DNA from: Macrostomum hystrix
Lineage: Eukaryota > Animalia > Platyhelminthes
Assembly (NCBI GenBank): GCA_950097015.1
Contig: CATNEN010000037.1
Span: 1,550,001-1,614,000 of the forward strand
Length of the DNA: 64,000 nucleotides
Reading direction: 5' to 3'
The notes under the pieces were generated by a model. That model was not told the origin of the DNA. It searched no databases and worked only from the letters and a program-made list of their open reading frames with translations. Shown here one piece after another: positions 45,253 through 57,245 of the stretch; position 1 is the first letter of the stretch; each line of letters starts with the position of its first letter. A program made the position numbers and the translations under genes.

Positions 45253-48200
45253 TCAACCTTTAAAGACATCTGGTGCCGAGAACAAAATAGCGCACGTTGC
45301 TATCAAAGTAAAACCAGAGAAAAGAATTAGACAGAGGCGATCGATTACCCTGGCTGCAAATTTCCATTCGCTGCTCACTTCACCATCGGCCACATCGTTG
45401 GCGATTTTCTTAGTGACGACGCGAAGCTCGTGAACAATGGTATCCACATCTTCCTGGGTGTCACACTCATCGTAATGTTTTGCCATCGACTCCTGCTGTT
45501 GTCTTAGGGATTCATCATTGACAGACATCTGCCTCTGTCTTTGCTGCTGCTGGAAGTCCGCGTAGGAACTCGGTGAATCCGTGACTCCGCTAGCCGCTGA
45601 TGCAGACGAGAGCTGATGTGGCAAATGTCGCAGCCGCTTCTGTATTGAAGATTGCTGCTGTTGCTGACTTAAAGATGTCAATTCGTCAAACGATGATAAA
45701 CCAGTGGAACACCTGGTGGATCATGCAATGATGAGAATCACAACCTCTGAGCATGAACTAATTCGAGTAGATTATCGAGCAGAAACTCCCAGATCTACAA
45801 ATTTTAATGACTCCGAACTAAAAAAATGCACGTACAAATGCAGCTCATAATTTCTACTTAGCTCCAGCTAATAATAATAATAATAATTGCAGGATTGAGG
45901 GCTGCGAGCAGTGGCCCATCATTTAGTGACACTACTAGACTCGCAGCCAGCGAGGAGGCAATTCTGCCCATTTCGCTGACTCCTGAGCACACACGCACAC
46001 AGATACCGTACGCAGGCACGCTCATACCGGTGTGTACAGGTGTGTACCGGCTCACACCTGACTTTCTCATCGTCAGGCAGTGTACATTTCACTCTGCCTT
46101 GGAGGTTGGCCCTCAAGGGCGTAAATTGCACGACAAGCCCCCAAATCATTCTCTCAGCGACTGCGCCCCAAATAAAAGTGGCCTCGCCGTGGAATCGAAC
46201 TTATAGGGATCGTGGTGCCGTGAGACAAACACGTTAACCGCTTTGCCACCGACCCCCTTAGCTTTAGCTATCTTCCCAATTTTTTAATTTTACCATGCCG
46301 AAATCGGAATTGAACAAGCTCTTCTGAGTTAAAGACTCAATTCTACTTATAAAGCACTATTTGAGACCCAAAAAGCGTAAAGGGTCACTAAAGTGTATAC
46401 CCTTTAAAGACATGCTGCTGCTGCTGTTGCTGTCCATACCCGCCAGCTACCGTTCTGTAGCTGTCTTCAATATCCAAGACATTCGCCAGCAGCGACTTGG
46501 AACAGCGTTCCCGCAGTTCCAGGCCAGACGCGCCCGAGCGACGCCGCAGTGGCCGCACAACGCTGCTACCGATGCCGCGCGACCATTCGCTTAGCCGACG
46601 CCGCAGACGAATCGGTTCGGTGTGCTCCGTGCGGCCGTGATGCCGCATGCAGAGGATGCTGGCCAGATAGACGCAGATAAATTTACGAATCTGCAAATTA
46701 GCCAATCGGCAGTTAAATATTGAACCATTTTCGATCCCCTCGCAATAAAAGCTTTGAAGATATTTCACAGGGCTCACCCAATTAGGTATCGGATGCGACT
46801 CAGCATTCCTGTGGTGATAGTTGAGCACTATCACGGTGAAAACCACGGATAGGCTGCACATTATCATGGTGCACGCGAAGTACATACCTGCACAATTTTT
46901 GAAGCATTTTTTACTTGTTTTTACAAAAACTGAGACGGAATATGCAATTGTTAGTCGCTATATTACAATTATTTAGAGGAATCGTAAAAAAATAATAGCA
47001 AACTAAAACAAAATCCGTTAAAAACTGCAATTACCCTCGTTGAGTAAAATAAGTATTATCGCCTGTTTATCAAATTTGGGTAACTAAATCAAAGTAATCA
47101 TTGTTGCCGGTTTAATTATTTAGTCTCACTTCAGACCAGTGACGTAACCAGGATTTTCATCTAGGGGGCCGCGCCTAATGGGGGGCGCCACTAACAGGGC
47201 GCCACTACCAGGGGGCGCCACTACCAGGGGGCGCCACTACCAAGGGGCACCACTATCAGGGGGCGCCACTACCCAGGGGGCGCCACTACCAGGGGGCGCC
47301 ACTACCAGGGGGCGCCACTACCAGGGGGCGCCACTACCAGGGAGCGACAATATCAGGGGGCGACAATATCAGGGGGCGCCACTACCAGGGGGCGCCACTA
47401 CCAGGGGGCGCCACTACCAAGGGGCACCACTACCAGGGGGCGCCACTACCAGGGGGCGCCACTACCAGGGGGCGCCACTACCAGGGGGCGCCACTACCAG
47501 GGGGCGCCACTACCAGGGGGCGCCACTACCAGGGGGCGCCACTACCAGGGGGCGCCACTACCAGGGGGCGCCACTACCAGGGGGCGCCACTACCAGGGGG
47601 CGCCACTACCAGGGGGCGCCACTACCAGGGGGTGCCACTACCAGGGAGCGCCACTACCAGGGGGCACCACTACCAGGGGGTGCCACTACCAGGGGGCGCC
47701 ACTACCAGGGGGTGCCACTACCAGGGGGCGCCACTACCAGGGGGCGCCACTACCAGGGGGTGCCACTACCAGGGGGCGCCACTACCAGGGAGCGCCACTA
47801 CTCGTACAATATGTTTGTACGAGCGCCACACTGTTTCTTCAGCCCATTCGGGGGGCCCGCGCCGGCCCCCTTGTCCCCACCTGGCCGACCTACCTATGAC
47901 AGGCACTGAATCAGAGGTGGCTGGCATGGCCTCTCCGACCATCATGAGGAATACGGTGAGCGACAGAAGAATTGTGACACCTGTGTGATTCATTTTCGTT
48001 AGTTTTTGTTAATATTTTGCTCAAGCACAATTTACTATTGTGCGAGAAGAAAAGTAGGCAAGTAAAAAATCTAAAATAAAAATTATATGGAGGTAATATC
48101 TAAAAACGTAATACTCTTCATATAACGTGTATTCTGCGAGTTAATTGTTTTGCTTTGATTGAATAATTGATATAAGGTTTGTCAAATAAGCATTATAGAC

Positions 48201-51200
48201 GCATGCACCTCGATGATCACACAGAAATTATAATAATTGCACGACAACATTCTTCATGCAATGTTCTAAATGCATGTTTTTAATTATGTTTTTAATTTAA
48301 ATGAAGTTAAATATAGACAATCCTGCAGATGCATTTGTGTAGGTTGCAATCGCTCCTGTAAAAACTCAGGCAACCCTATCGCAATTAGCCTGCAGTTGAG
48401 CACTCGCCTTACCAATTAGCGGCAGGGACTCCGATGTCTGCGGCATTGCGTCTGCCACTAGTAGCAGAAACATTATCAGCGACAATAGAATTGTCACACC
48501 TGTGCAGGCGCGAAGAAGCGGCCAAGCAATGCGAGGGTAAGCGCGCTGTTAAGATCATTCAGATAAATTCAGAATTCACTATCCTGACGATTCAGGATAC
48601 ATTGTCAGACAACCCATTAGACGAACTGTGCGTTTATGGTCAAAGTTAAACGAATGATAACAATGTTCGTGACAGCAAAAACAAATTACAGGCACATACC
48701 CAACGATATTTTCTCCCCGGCGTCCGGCGGCAAAAGGAAAGTGAGCAGTGTCATTGTGGAGATGAGCACGCAAGGTATGATTAGGTTAAAACCGTAGTAC
48801 AAGGTCCGCCGTCGAATCTTGATAAGGTATTTCAGGTCGATGAAGGGAAAGGGGCAGCAATCGTAGACTAGGGCCGTCCTCTGGCCAGGCATGCCTGCGA
48901 TGAGGGAGTGCATTTTCGGACGATTTAAACTTGCCTTCCCTGGAGAAAGTCGAGGATCGGAGGGTGTTGGTCAGTTGTGGATCGGAGGGTGTTGGTCAGT
49001 TGTGGATCGGAGGGTGTTGGTCAGTTGTGGATCGGAGGGTGTTGGTCAGTTGTGGATCGGAGGGTGTTGGTCAGTTGTGGATGGGAGGGTGTTGGTCAGT
49101 TGTGGATCGGAGGGTGTTGGTCAGTTGTGGATCGGAGGGTGTTGGTCAGTTTAGGATCGGAGGGTGTTGGTCAGTTGAGGATTGGAGGTTGTTGGTCAGT
49201 TGTGGATCGGAGGGTGTTGGTCAGTTGTGGATCGGAGGGTGTTGGTCAGTTGAGGATTGGAGGGTGTTGGTCAGTTGTGGATCGGAGGGTGTTGGTCAGT
49301 TGTGGATCGGAGGGTGTTGGTCAGTTGTGGATCGGAGGGTGTTGGTCAGTTTAGGATCGGAGGGTGTTGGTCAGTTGTGGATCGGAGGGTGTTGGTCAGT
49401 TGAGGTTGTTGGTCAGTTGTGGATCGGAGGGTGTTGGTCAGTTGTGGATCGGAGGGTGTTGGTCAGTTTAGGATCGGAGGGTGTTGGTCAGTTGTGGATC
49501 GGAGGGTGTTGGTCAGTTGTGGATCGGAGGGTGTTGGTCAGTTGAGGATCGGATGGTGTTGTTCAGTTTAGGATCGGAGGGTGTTTGTAAGTCGAGGATC
49601 GTTTAACTAAAAAAAGTTAATCGCACATTGATTCGGCACACAACAGTTGAGCATTAGTGCCAAGGATGCTGCGAAAAATATTTTTGACATGCGCAAGCGC
49701 TTTGGCTGTGCTCATTTGTGCATCTCGGCAGATATCTAAGAATAAAGAAACAAATACATGATGCGGTGCACACCGAAGACGCCCATCTCGCCATCGTCTG
49801 GCGGAATTTTGTAACCGAGGACCGAGAGAGAGGCCAGGAAGCTGCAAGGGCCCAGCATGTTGAACAGAAAGTACAACTGAGGCCTATACAAATGCGCAGG
49901 TGAAATATCAAGTAAAGCTTGCTAGTACCAGCTCGACCTGGAAGTTTGGTTGGCGTCAACCGGATCGAGATCTTGGAGCATTGGGCAAACGTAGTTTTCG
50001 ATGCTTCTGATTCAGAATATCGGTATGAATCGTTCATCGATCTAGGTGGAAGAGCTAAAAGCTGGTGTCGTCTGAAAGCTCAAGATTCAGTTTTTCTGAT
50101 CTGCATGGTGTGAATAGCTTTTGCTTTGGAAAAAATCGAAGGAACAATCGATAGGACGTGACAGACCAGCGTGAGTAGTTTGCATTTCGGGTTATACTTT
50201 TCGGGTCGACGTTTTACATTGTTACTTTGAATCGAAGTGCCTGTAACCTGATTTTAAAATACTATATTAAATTGTGACATTGTAAAAAACACAAAGATTT
50301 ACCTTCAAGATTCCACTCGCCGCTTTTTACATAGTTGGACGTGTCGCCGCTGCCGCTCTCGGTGCAGCCCTCCGGGTCGCCCAGGCGGTCCTGCACCGTT
50401 TTGAAGCTCTCGTTGGAGCATTTGAACCGAAGATCGACTGTGCCACCGTCGTAAGTCCACGAGCCGAACTTCATCAAACACTCCTGCGTATCGAACGGGA
50501 ACCAGGTGATGTCAATCTTGCAGGTGGACTTGAACATACCGGGCGGTATGTAGGTCATGAAGCCGGTGTTGTCAATCACCACGTTTGTCGGGTACGTGCC
50601 GTCGAATTTCTCGTCAGCGCTTTATGAAAAATGATCGAGCCGAGTGATTTGAAACCACACAACACTGTAGTACAAGCTACTAGTTTCCCTTCTTTATTTC
50701 TGTCTTCACTCACCTATTGTATAAGAGTACATCCGGCCGCCAGACCTTTCTTGGGTCAATGTTGATCTTAGTTATGTTTCCGAATTGCTTCGGATCCCAT
50801 TTGAAGTGATAATCTGACCATGACTACAAGCATGGGAAGCATTGTGCTCTCAAACTTATTGTATGTACGAGCGTAAATATGAGCATGCAACTCACCAAAT
50901 CTAGCCAGATGCTTGAGAATAAGATCTGGTTCTTCTCGTCCTGAAGTAAATTATGGAATTTTTTAGTTTAATTTAGTTTTGTGTATCTTGAGTTAGTCTT
51001 GGCGAGGCTTGTAGCCTACCAGCGGTTAGAGGGGGTTCGATTACCGACTCTATTGGAACAATTTGTGTCCATTAGCAAGACACTTAACTCTGCATTGCTT
51101 CAGTTCACCCAGCTGTTAAATACGTAGCAGCATTAGCTGGGGGGTAATTGAGGGTGGGTATGGCGTCCCCCCAGTCCATGGACTGAACAGCCGTTCGCAG

Positions 51201-53933
51201 CCTTCGATCAGATGCTTCGCGCAATAGCTGCGGCTGTGCTGTCAGCTGCACATCTGGCCCGATTGGGGCAGGTGTAACGAAATAATTGTTTTTATCTTTC
51301 TGCTGCATTAACAGAAAGAGCTAACAAAAAATTCTAAAATAGGTCAAAAGCTCACCACGTCTATGATCTGCTGCAGTGACACTTTGAACCAGACGTACAG
51401 AATGTCCGTATCGTTCTCAACTGGCCGTTCCATTGGATTATGCTGATTTGAGCTGTTCTCAAACAGATAGCGAAGCAGTAGTTTTTCATTTCGACCTGCA
51501 TTAACACATAGGATGCGAAATCAAACCTTATATTTAGATTTATTTCTGTTCAGATTGGTTTAAAACCAACTTCATGTGCGACACAAAAAAGTAAAATTTA
51601 TTGACCTAATTTCTGAGTTAAATAAAAACAATAATAAGGTCGCCGCCAGTCCCTCTGAATGACACAGCATCTTGCAGAATCAATATCTGAGCCATCTTAA
51701 TCCCCCAAGGCCAATCAATTTTTCTAAAGCCTTAACGCAGTGCAATGCAAATCGTTTTGCCGATTAATTTAAATGCAATATATTAATTTTTTCGAAGCAG
51801 CTCATAGCTTATCTCGTGCCACTGTCACAAGCCCGGTCACTTGTTTTATCCCTGTCTCGCAAAGATATGACCTGATTGCCCTGCGGCAGTGGCTATTGGC
51901 ATTTAGCTTTGCCAATTTACTTGCAGATCTCATTTCCCTATTGCATTTCATCCAAAAAAAGGCAACAATTTTTTGTTTAAAATGACACTGTAGTGGTTAG
52001 AACTGCTTGGGGGTTTAGTGATCAACTGCTTCACTGTGTCTACAGATGGTCCTTCACTCCTGTGTCTACAGATAGTCCTCACTCACGGTGTCTACAGATA
52101 GTCCTCACTCACGGTGTCTACAGATGGTCCTTCACTCACGGTGTCTACAGATGGTCCTTCACTCGCTGTGTCTACAGATGGTCCTTCACTCACGGTGTCT
52201 ACAGATGGTCCTTCACTCCTGTGTCTACAGATGGTCCTTCACTCCTGTGTCTACAGATGGTCCTTCACTCGCTGTGTCTACAGATGGTCCTTCACTCCTG
52301 TGTCTACAGATGGTCCTTCACTCGCTGTGTCTACAGATGGTCCTTCACTCGCTGTGTCTACAGATGGTCCTTCACTCGCTGTGTCTACAGATGGTCCTTC
52401 ACTCACGGTGTCTACAGATGGTCCTTCACTCACGGTGTCTACAGATGGTCCTTCACTCCTGTGTCTACAGATGGTCCTTCACTCACGGTGTCTACAGATG
52501 GTCCTTCACTCACGGTGTCTACAGATGGTCCTTCACTCACGGTGTCTACAGATGGTCCTTCACTCACGGTGTCTACAGATGGTCCTTCACTCACTGTGTC
52601 TACAGATGGTCCTTCACTCACGGTGTCTACAGATGGTCCTTCACTCACGGTGTCTACAGATGGTCCTTCACTCGCTGTGTCTACAGATGGTCCTTCACTC
52701 ACTGTGTCTACAGATGGTCCTTCACTCACGGTGTCTACAGATGGTCCTTAACTTTTCTAAACTGTCTACAGATGGTCCCTAAATTGCCTCAGCATTTGGA
52801 TCGAATGCAACTCTCACAATAAATTTGAGATGCTTTCCAATTTAGGCGGTCCAAGTTAGCGACAGTTTATCATCCTTTAAAGATGCAGTTCAAGCAGCAA
52901 CAGCACCGGTCAACTCATCAGAACGCAACAGTCCGCGAAATCCATAAATGTCCTCGAGTTTTCAGTTTAAACGAAATCAGCCAGCATTCTTCCATGCTGC
53001 TGGTGCATGAAATTTTCCTAACAAACAACACATGGGAGACAAATTGGCCCTATTTAGTCCTCTGCAGCTGTCAACAGAACGGCCACGCCAGACTCATTGA
53101 TCGCTGAGAAAAGCCATCGATCTCACTAATTTCACAAAACTCGAGTGGTTTGTGGAGCAGAAATCGAACTCAATCTGTACTAAGAAGCTTGGCGACACTA
53201 CTAGGTCGGTAATTTAGCACGTCCAAACTGGTGAGAAATGGAAGCTTGAGCAGGAGGCGAAATATGAAACAATTCTGAAACTTCGTTACCGCGTATTGTT
53301 GCCACATGGCTAATAACCAGTTTCCATAGAAACTATTTATTGAGCACCTTGAATGATTTGTTGATGCGGTTGTGTAAAATTTATATTACAAGGATTGGAC
53401 TGTCGAGTTTGTGTATTAGGGTGTGGGATTATGGATTATGATGTGGGATTGAGGATTATGGTGTGGGATTGAGGATTATGGTGTGGGGTTGTGGATTAAT
53501 GTGTAGGATTGTGGATTATGGTGTGGGATTGTGGATTAATGTGTAGGATTGTGGATTAAAGTGTGGGATTGTGGATTAATGTGTGGGATTGTGGATTAAT
53601 GTGTGGGGTTGTGGATTAATGTGTGGGGTTGTGGATTAAAGTGTGGGATTGTGGATTAATGTGTTGGATTGTGGATTATGGTGTGGGATTATGGATTAGG
53701 GTGTGGGATTGAGGTTTAGAGTGTGGGGTTGCAGATCGTATTTCGGATTATAGAAGCCTTGTTACTGTAAGCTCGATAAGCACTTGAATTTCGCATTTTG
53801 ATTGGCCCTGGGGTTTTTGTTGCAAATCACTGTCTTCCCTCGCGGTCTCACCTGATGCCACCGCTGCCACTAGAAGCAGTCCTAGCAGAAGAAGCCAGTT
53901 GATTGACTCTGACAAAACCGCGTGTTTCTGCAT
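45253..53933 (-). CDS. Nicotinic acetylcholine receptor alpha subunit, alpha7-like (611 aa using one M2 exon)
   Basis: Exons 53933-53852 (signal peptide), 51495-51356, 50940-50896, 50823-50714, 50619-50303, 48894-48700, [48499-48413 or 47980-47894], 46887-46778, 46690-46401 and 45712-45253. All GT-AG with consistent phases. Cys-loop [15 protein letters not shown], loop B WTYDG, loop [17 protein letters not shown]4 [14 protein letters not shown]. Confidence 0.93.
45870..46257 (-). mobile_element. tRNA-derived SINE family A, full-length, in the last nAChR intron
   Basis: Reverse-strand head GGGGGTCGGTGGCAAAGCGGTTAACG...AAGTTCGATTCCACGGCGAGGCC, family A body, and an (ATT)n tail. Confidence 0.8.
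47190..47800. repeat. 16-bp GC-rich minisatellite (CCACTACCAGGGGGCG)
   Basis: About 38 tandem units in the intron downstream of the second M2 exon. Confidence 0.97.
47894..47980 (-). CDS. nAChR M2 exon, variant b (87 nt)
   Basis: ACACAG|GT GTC ACA...GTC ATA G|GTAGGT, encoding (G)[28 protein letters not shown](G). Confidence 0.88.
48413..48499 (-). CDS. nAChR M2 exon, variant a (87 nt)
   Basis: GCACAG|GT GTG ACA...CTA ATT G|GTAAGG, encoding (G)[28 protein letters not shown](G). Not present in the ORF track. Confidence 0.85.
48955..49590. repeat. 25-bp minisatellite (GGATCGGAGGGTGTTGGTCAGTTGT)
   Basis: About 25 tandem units, intronic. Confidence 0.97.
51006..51280 (+). mobile_element. SINE family B copy with a partly deleted head
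   Basis: GTGTCCATTAGCAAGACACTTAACTCTGCATTGCTTCAGTTCACCCAGCTGTTAAAT and a 3' body nearly identical to 20870-21010. Confidence 0.8.
52030..52780. repeat. 27/26-bp minisatellite (GTGTCTACAGATGGTCCTTCACTCACG)
   Basis: Tandem units; 9-aa period in the ORF track. Confidence 0.97.
53415..53730. repeat. 20-bp minisatellite (GTGTGGGATTGTGGATTAAT)
   Basis: Tandem units in nAChR intron 1. Confidence 0.93.
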
Positions 53934-54299
53934 TAGTTGGCTTCTATGGCAATATACGAGTATTAGTGACTAGCGATTTTCTTATCACAGATTCTAACTC
54001 GCTTCTGGAAGCATTCGGTCATATTTATAGGGCTGGAGACCCGCGGGTAGGGATGGATCCCAACAGCCAATGAAATTCTTTGGATCAGCAAACCGACAAG
54101 TAGAATGGAAGAGCAGTCTAGCCCAGCGCAATCCTTAACAGGCGCAATGTGCTCTCGATTTGTTGCTAAGAAAAGTAAAGCTAAGAAAAGAAAATATAGT
54201 AAAGCTAAATGGAGAGAAGAGGAAAAGGGGAAATAGAAATTATAGGGATGTGAGGAAAATGAAGATAAAGTAAAGGGAAAAGATAAAAAAGAAATTAAG

Positions 54300-54850
54300 G
54301 GAATAGGAAATTTAGGGAAGAGAAAGGAATGAAGGGAAGAAAAAGGAATGAAGGGAAGAGAAAGGAATGAAGAGAAGAGAAAGGGATGAAGGGAAGAGAA
54401 AGAAAAGAAGGGAAGAGAAAGGAATGAAGGGAAGAGAAAGGAATGAAGGGAAGTGAAAGGAATGAAGGGAAGTGAAAGGAATGAAGAGAAGAGAAAGGAA
54501 TGAAGAGAAGAGAAAGGGATGAAGAGAAGAGAAAGAAAAGAAGGGAAGAGAAAGAAAAGAAGGGAAGAGAAAGAAAAGAAGGGAAGAGAAAGAAAAGAAG
54601 GGAAGAGAAAGGAATGAAGGGAAGAGAAAGGTATGAAGGGAAGTGAAAGGAATGAAGGGAAGAGAAAGGAATGAAGGGAAGAGAAAGGGATGAAGGGAAG
54701 AGAAAGGAAAGAAGGGAAGAGATAGGAAAGAAGGGAATGGAAAGGAAATAAAGGGAGGGAAGGGAAATGAAGGCAAGGGAAATTAAGGGAAGGGAAATGA
54801 AGGGAAAGAAAATGACGGAAGGGAAAAGGGAAATTAGGAAAGGGAGATGA
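54300..54850. repeat. Purine-only tandem repeat, about 19-bp unit (GAAGGGAAGAGAAAGGAAT)
   Basis: Long, almost pure purine tract upstream of the nAChR start. Confidence 0.93.
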
Positions 54851-56372
54851 ATGGAAGTATAAGGAAATGGTGGATATGTAAATTGTTAGTGAAAACTGTG
54901 TAGAATGGTATGACTAGAAATGAATAGAGAAAATGTTGATAAAGAAATGATCTCATGTTAAAGTAGATAAATTCTAATTGCTAGGCTATTAAGTCAGCCA
55001 ATAGAGGGAAAATCGAAAGTTGAAAGACATTCCACTTGACCCATGTTCACTAAAATACTTGTAAACTCACTCTTTCTCTCTACTTTCTTAGAAAGACAAT
55101 TGCGGCAACAGCAGAAGTTAAATATCAAGGGATCAGAATAAACTATGGGTTCGTTAAAACAAATTCATGCTAAAACTAAAATGAGGCTCCGTATTTTTGG
55201 ACAGCCGAATGGGATTTTCTAGAGGGAAGAGCGACACACAGCGTGCAGACCTCAAGAACATAATTATAGGAGCGTGTCTTAATTATTGATTTGCCAGGTC
55301 GCGAATGAAACTTGTCCACAAAACAGAAGTTTGTTTAGTTTCAGACATTGCCCCAGGGCAATGGGTATTCTGTTAATAAAGCGTGTTACCTGCGCAATTT
55401 CCAATTGTAGGAGCTCGGCTACTGTTCTGAGTAGGGCGGTACGCGTTGATACTGAAAAATTTGTTTTGAAGAAACAAAAGTAAAAATTGTCGACATTTTT
55501 TCTTTTCGATTCAAATGCAAACTTAAATGCTAATTTAATTGACGAGGGTAATAAAACAAAGACTTATGATTCCTCATAATATTTTTTAAACATCGAAATG
55601 CTATTCGATATGAAGAACTAAACTCAAGAACTATAGCTCGCATTTTATTAAACAAGTTTCGTATTTTCATTAAAAAATATTTAGCCGACCATTTCAATGG
55701 CTTTTTAGACCACAATCTAGTCAAATAGTGAACTTCTTGTAAACAGTGCCTCCTGCCGTACAAGACAGTGCTATTCACACGAGATAGTTTTCTAAAGAAA
55801 GATAGAAATAGGATAGGAGTATAGAGGCACGGAGAAGAGATGCGAGATATCAGACGCAGGTGGAGTCAGGCACAGAGCTGGTTCAACTGTATTCCATGCC
55901 TCAGTGGGTGTAATGCGTACTTTCTTTCCAGGCAGGCTCGCTCGCTCGCTCAAACACCGGGCAGAGCTGCTGCTGAGAGCTCAAGCCAAGCTCTTGACAA
56001 TGCCCCGCGCCGCGTCTCCCATTGTGTATTATTATTCTCATAGGGCAAGGCAGGGCAGACTGCAGGCTCTTTCCCGTACATCATAACCGACAACCTCCAA
56101 GCCACAGAAGCAGCAGCATCAGCAGCAGCAGCAGCAGCGGAGGCACACAGCAGTTGCCATAGTAGTCGCATAGAGATTTCCGTTTGCGAGTTGGGCCCAA
56201 CTGCGTATTAACTATTAAGTCACTCTATTGAGGCCCAGATACTAGCATCGAGTTTAAAAACACGCTCAAGCATCGTTGGCCTAGGCAAAGTTAACAAAGG
56301 AACCCGTTGCGCCACCCAGAACGGTCTACAATTGGCCACAATAGACAAGATCCGTTGTCAGTAGCAGCAGCC

Positions 56373-57245
56373 ATGGCTTACTACCGACAAACTTACATGC
56401 CCGGCTTCACAACTAATGACACTTACGGAAACTTTTATGACGGCAAGAAGGCGTCGCTAATTACCGTGCCCGAGAGGCTAAAGAACTACGACCTGGACGT
56501 CAGAAGTAGCCATTCAAACACGGCGGGCGCGGAGTACGGCAGTTTTCTCAGCCAGCAGCAAGCCATGCAGCTGCAGCGGCTGCAGATGGAGCACGAACAG
56601 CGCCAGCCGCAGTGGCCGCTGAAGCCTTACAGCGGCGCCTACAGTCAGCAGGAGCCGCTCGAGGCCCTGGAGCGTCAGCGGGTTCCAGGGCCGCCGCCGC
56701 TGCCAGATCCGGAGCCATTGGCCAGCAGTCGGGAGCCCCCACCCCCTGTGTCCGTGGAACGCTATCGCAATCCGGCCGCACCGTCTCTGACGGGGCGCGA
56801 CGTCCAGCAACAGCAGCAGCAGAGGCAACATCATATGAGGTCGCGAAGTCCGCCACCGCCGCCAGACCTCGGCACCTACCGGACCAACATGGAGGTCTAC
56901 ACCGGCCGGGATGGACCTATGGCCAGCCAGCGGTCAAGGTTGATAACAGATTTATTCAGAGCCCGTAACGCAGATTGCTGACTCATCATTGTCAAATTAT
57001 GCGTCCGATTTAATTGCAGGTCGCCACCGCCTGCGTCGCCACCGAAACGCGTCCAGTATGCGCAGCCGCCACCACCGCCACCGCCGGCGCCGCAACCAGC
57101 AGGTGAGCCGCAACTGCCGGTACTGCGCTACGGCGCCAAAGAGATTCACCTGCCAGATATTGAAGCCGTGGAGTTGCACATGCGCGACAAGAGCAAGATC
57201 ATACTCAATGTGAAAGAGTTCTACAATAGATACCTGCGAGATTGA
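56373..57245 (+). CDS. Hypothetical Pro/Gln-rich protein (about 263 aa)
   Basis: Exon 56373-56938 (GCCATGG start; donor tentative) and exon 57020-57245 (TTAATTGCAG|G). The second exon ends in an ordered-looking segment LRYGAKEIHLPDIEAVELHMRDKSKIILNVKEFYNRYLRD*. GC-rich coding-like island. Confidence 0.65.

Noticed and set aside
49718-49903. Coding-looking plus-strand patch within nAChR intron 5
   Set aside because: It is short, with no recognisable motif or convincing splice partners; possibly a transposon relic.
55950-56171. Minus-strand ORF with a signal-peptide-like start (MRLLWQLLCASAAAA)
   Set aside because: The hydrophobicity comes from a GCT/GCA microsatellite, and there is no other support.
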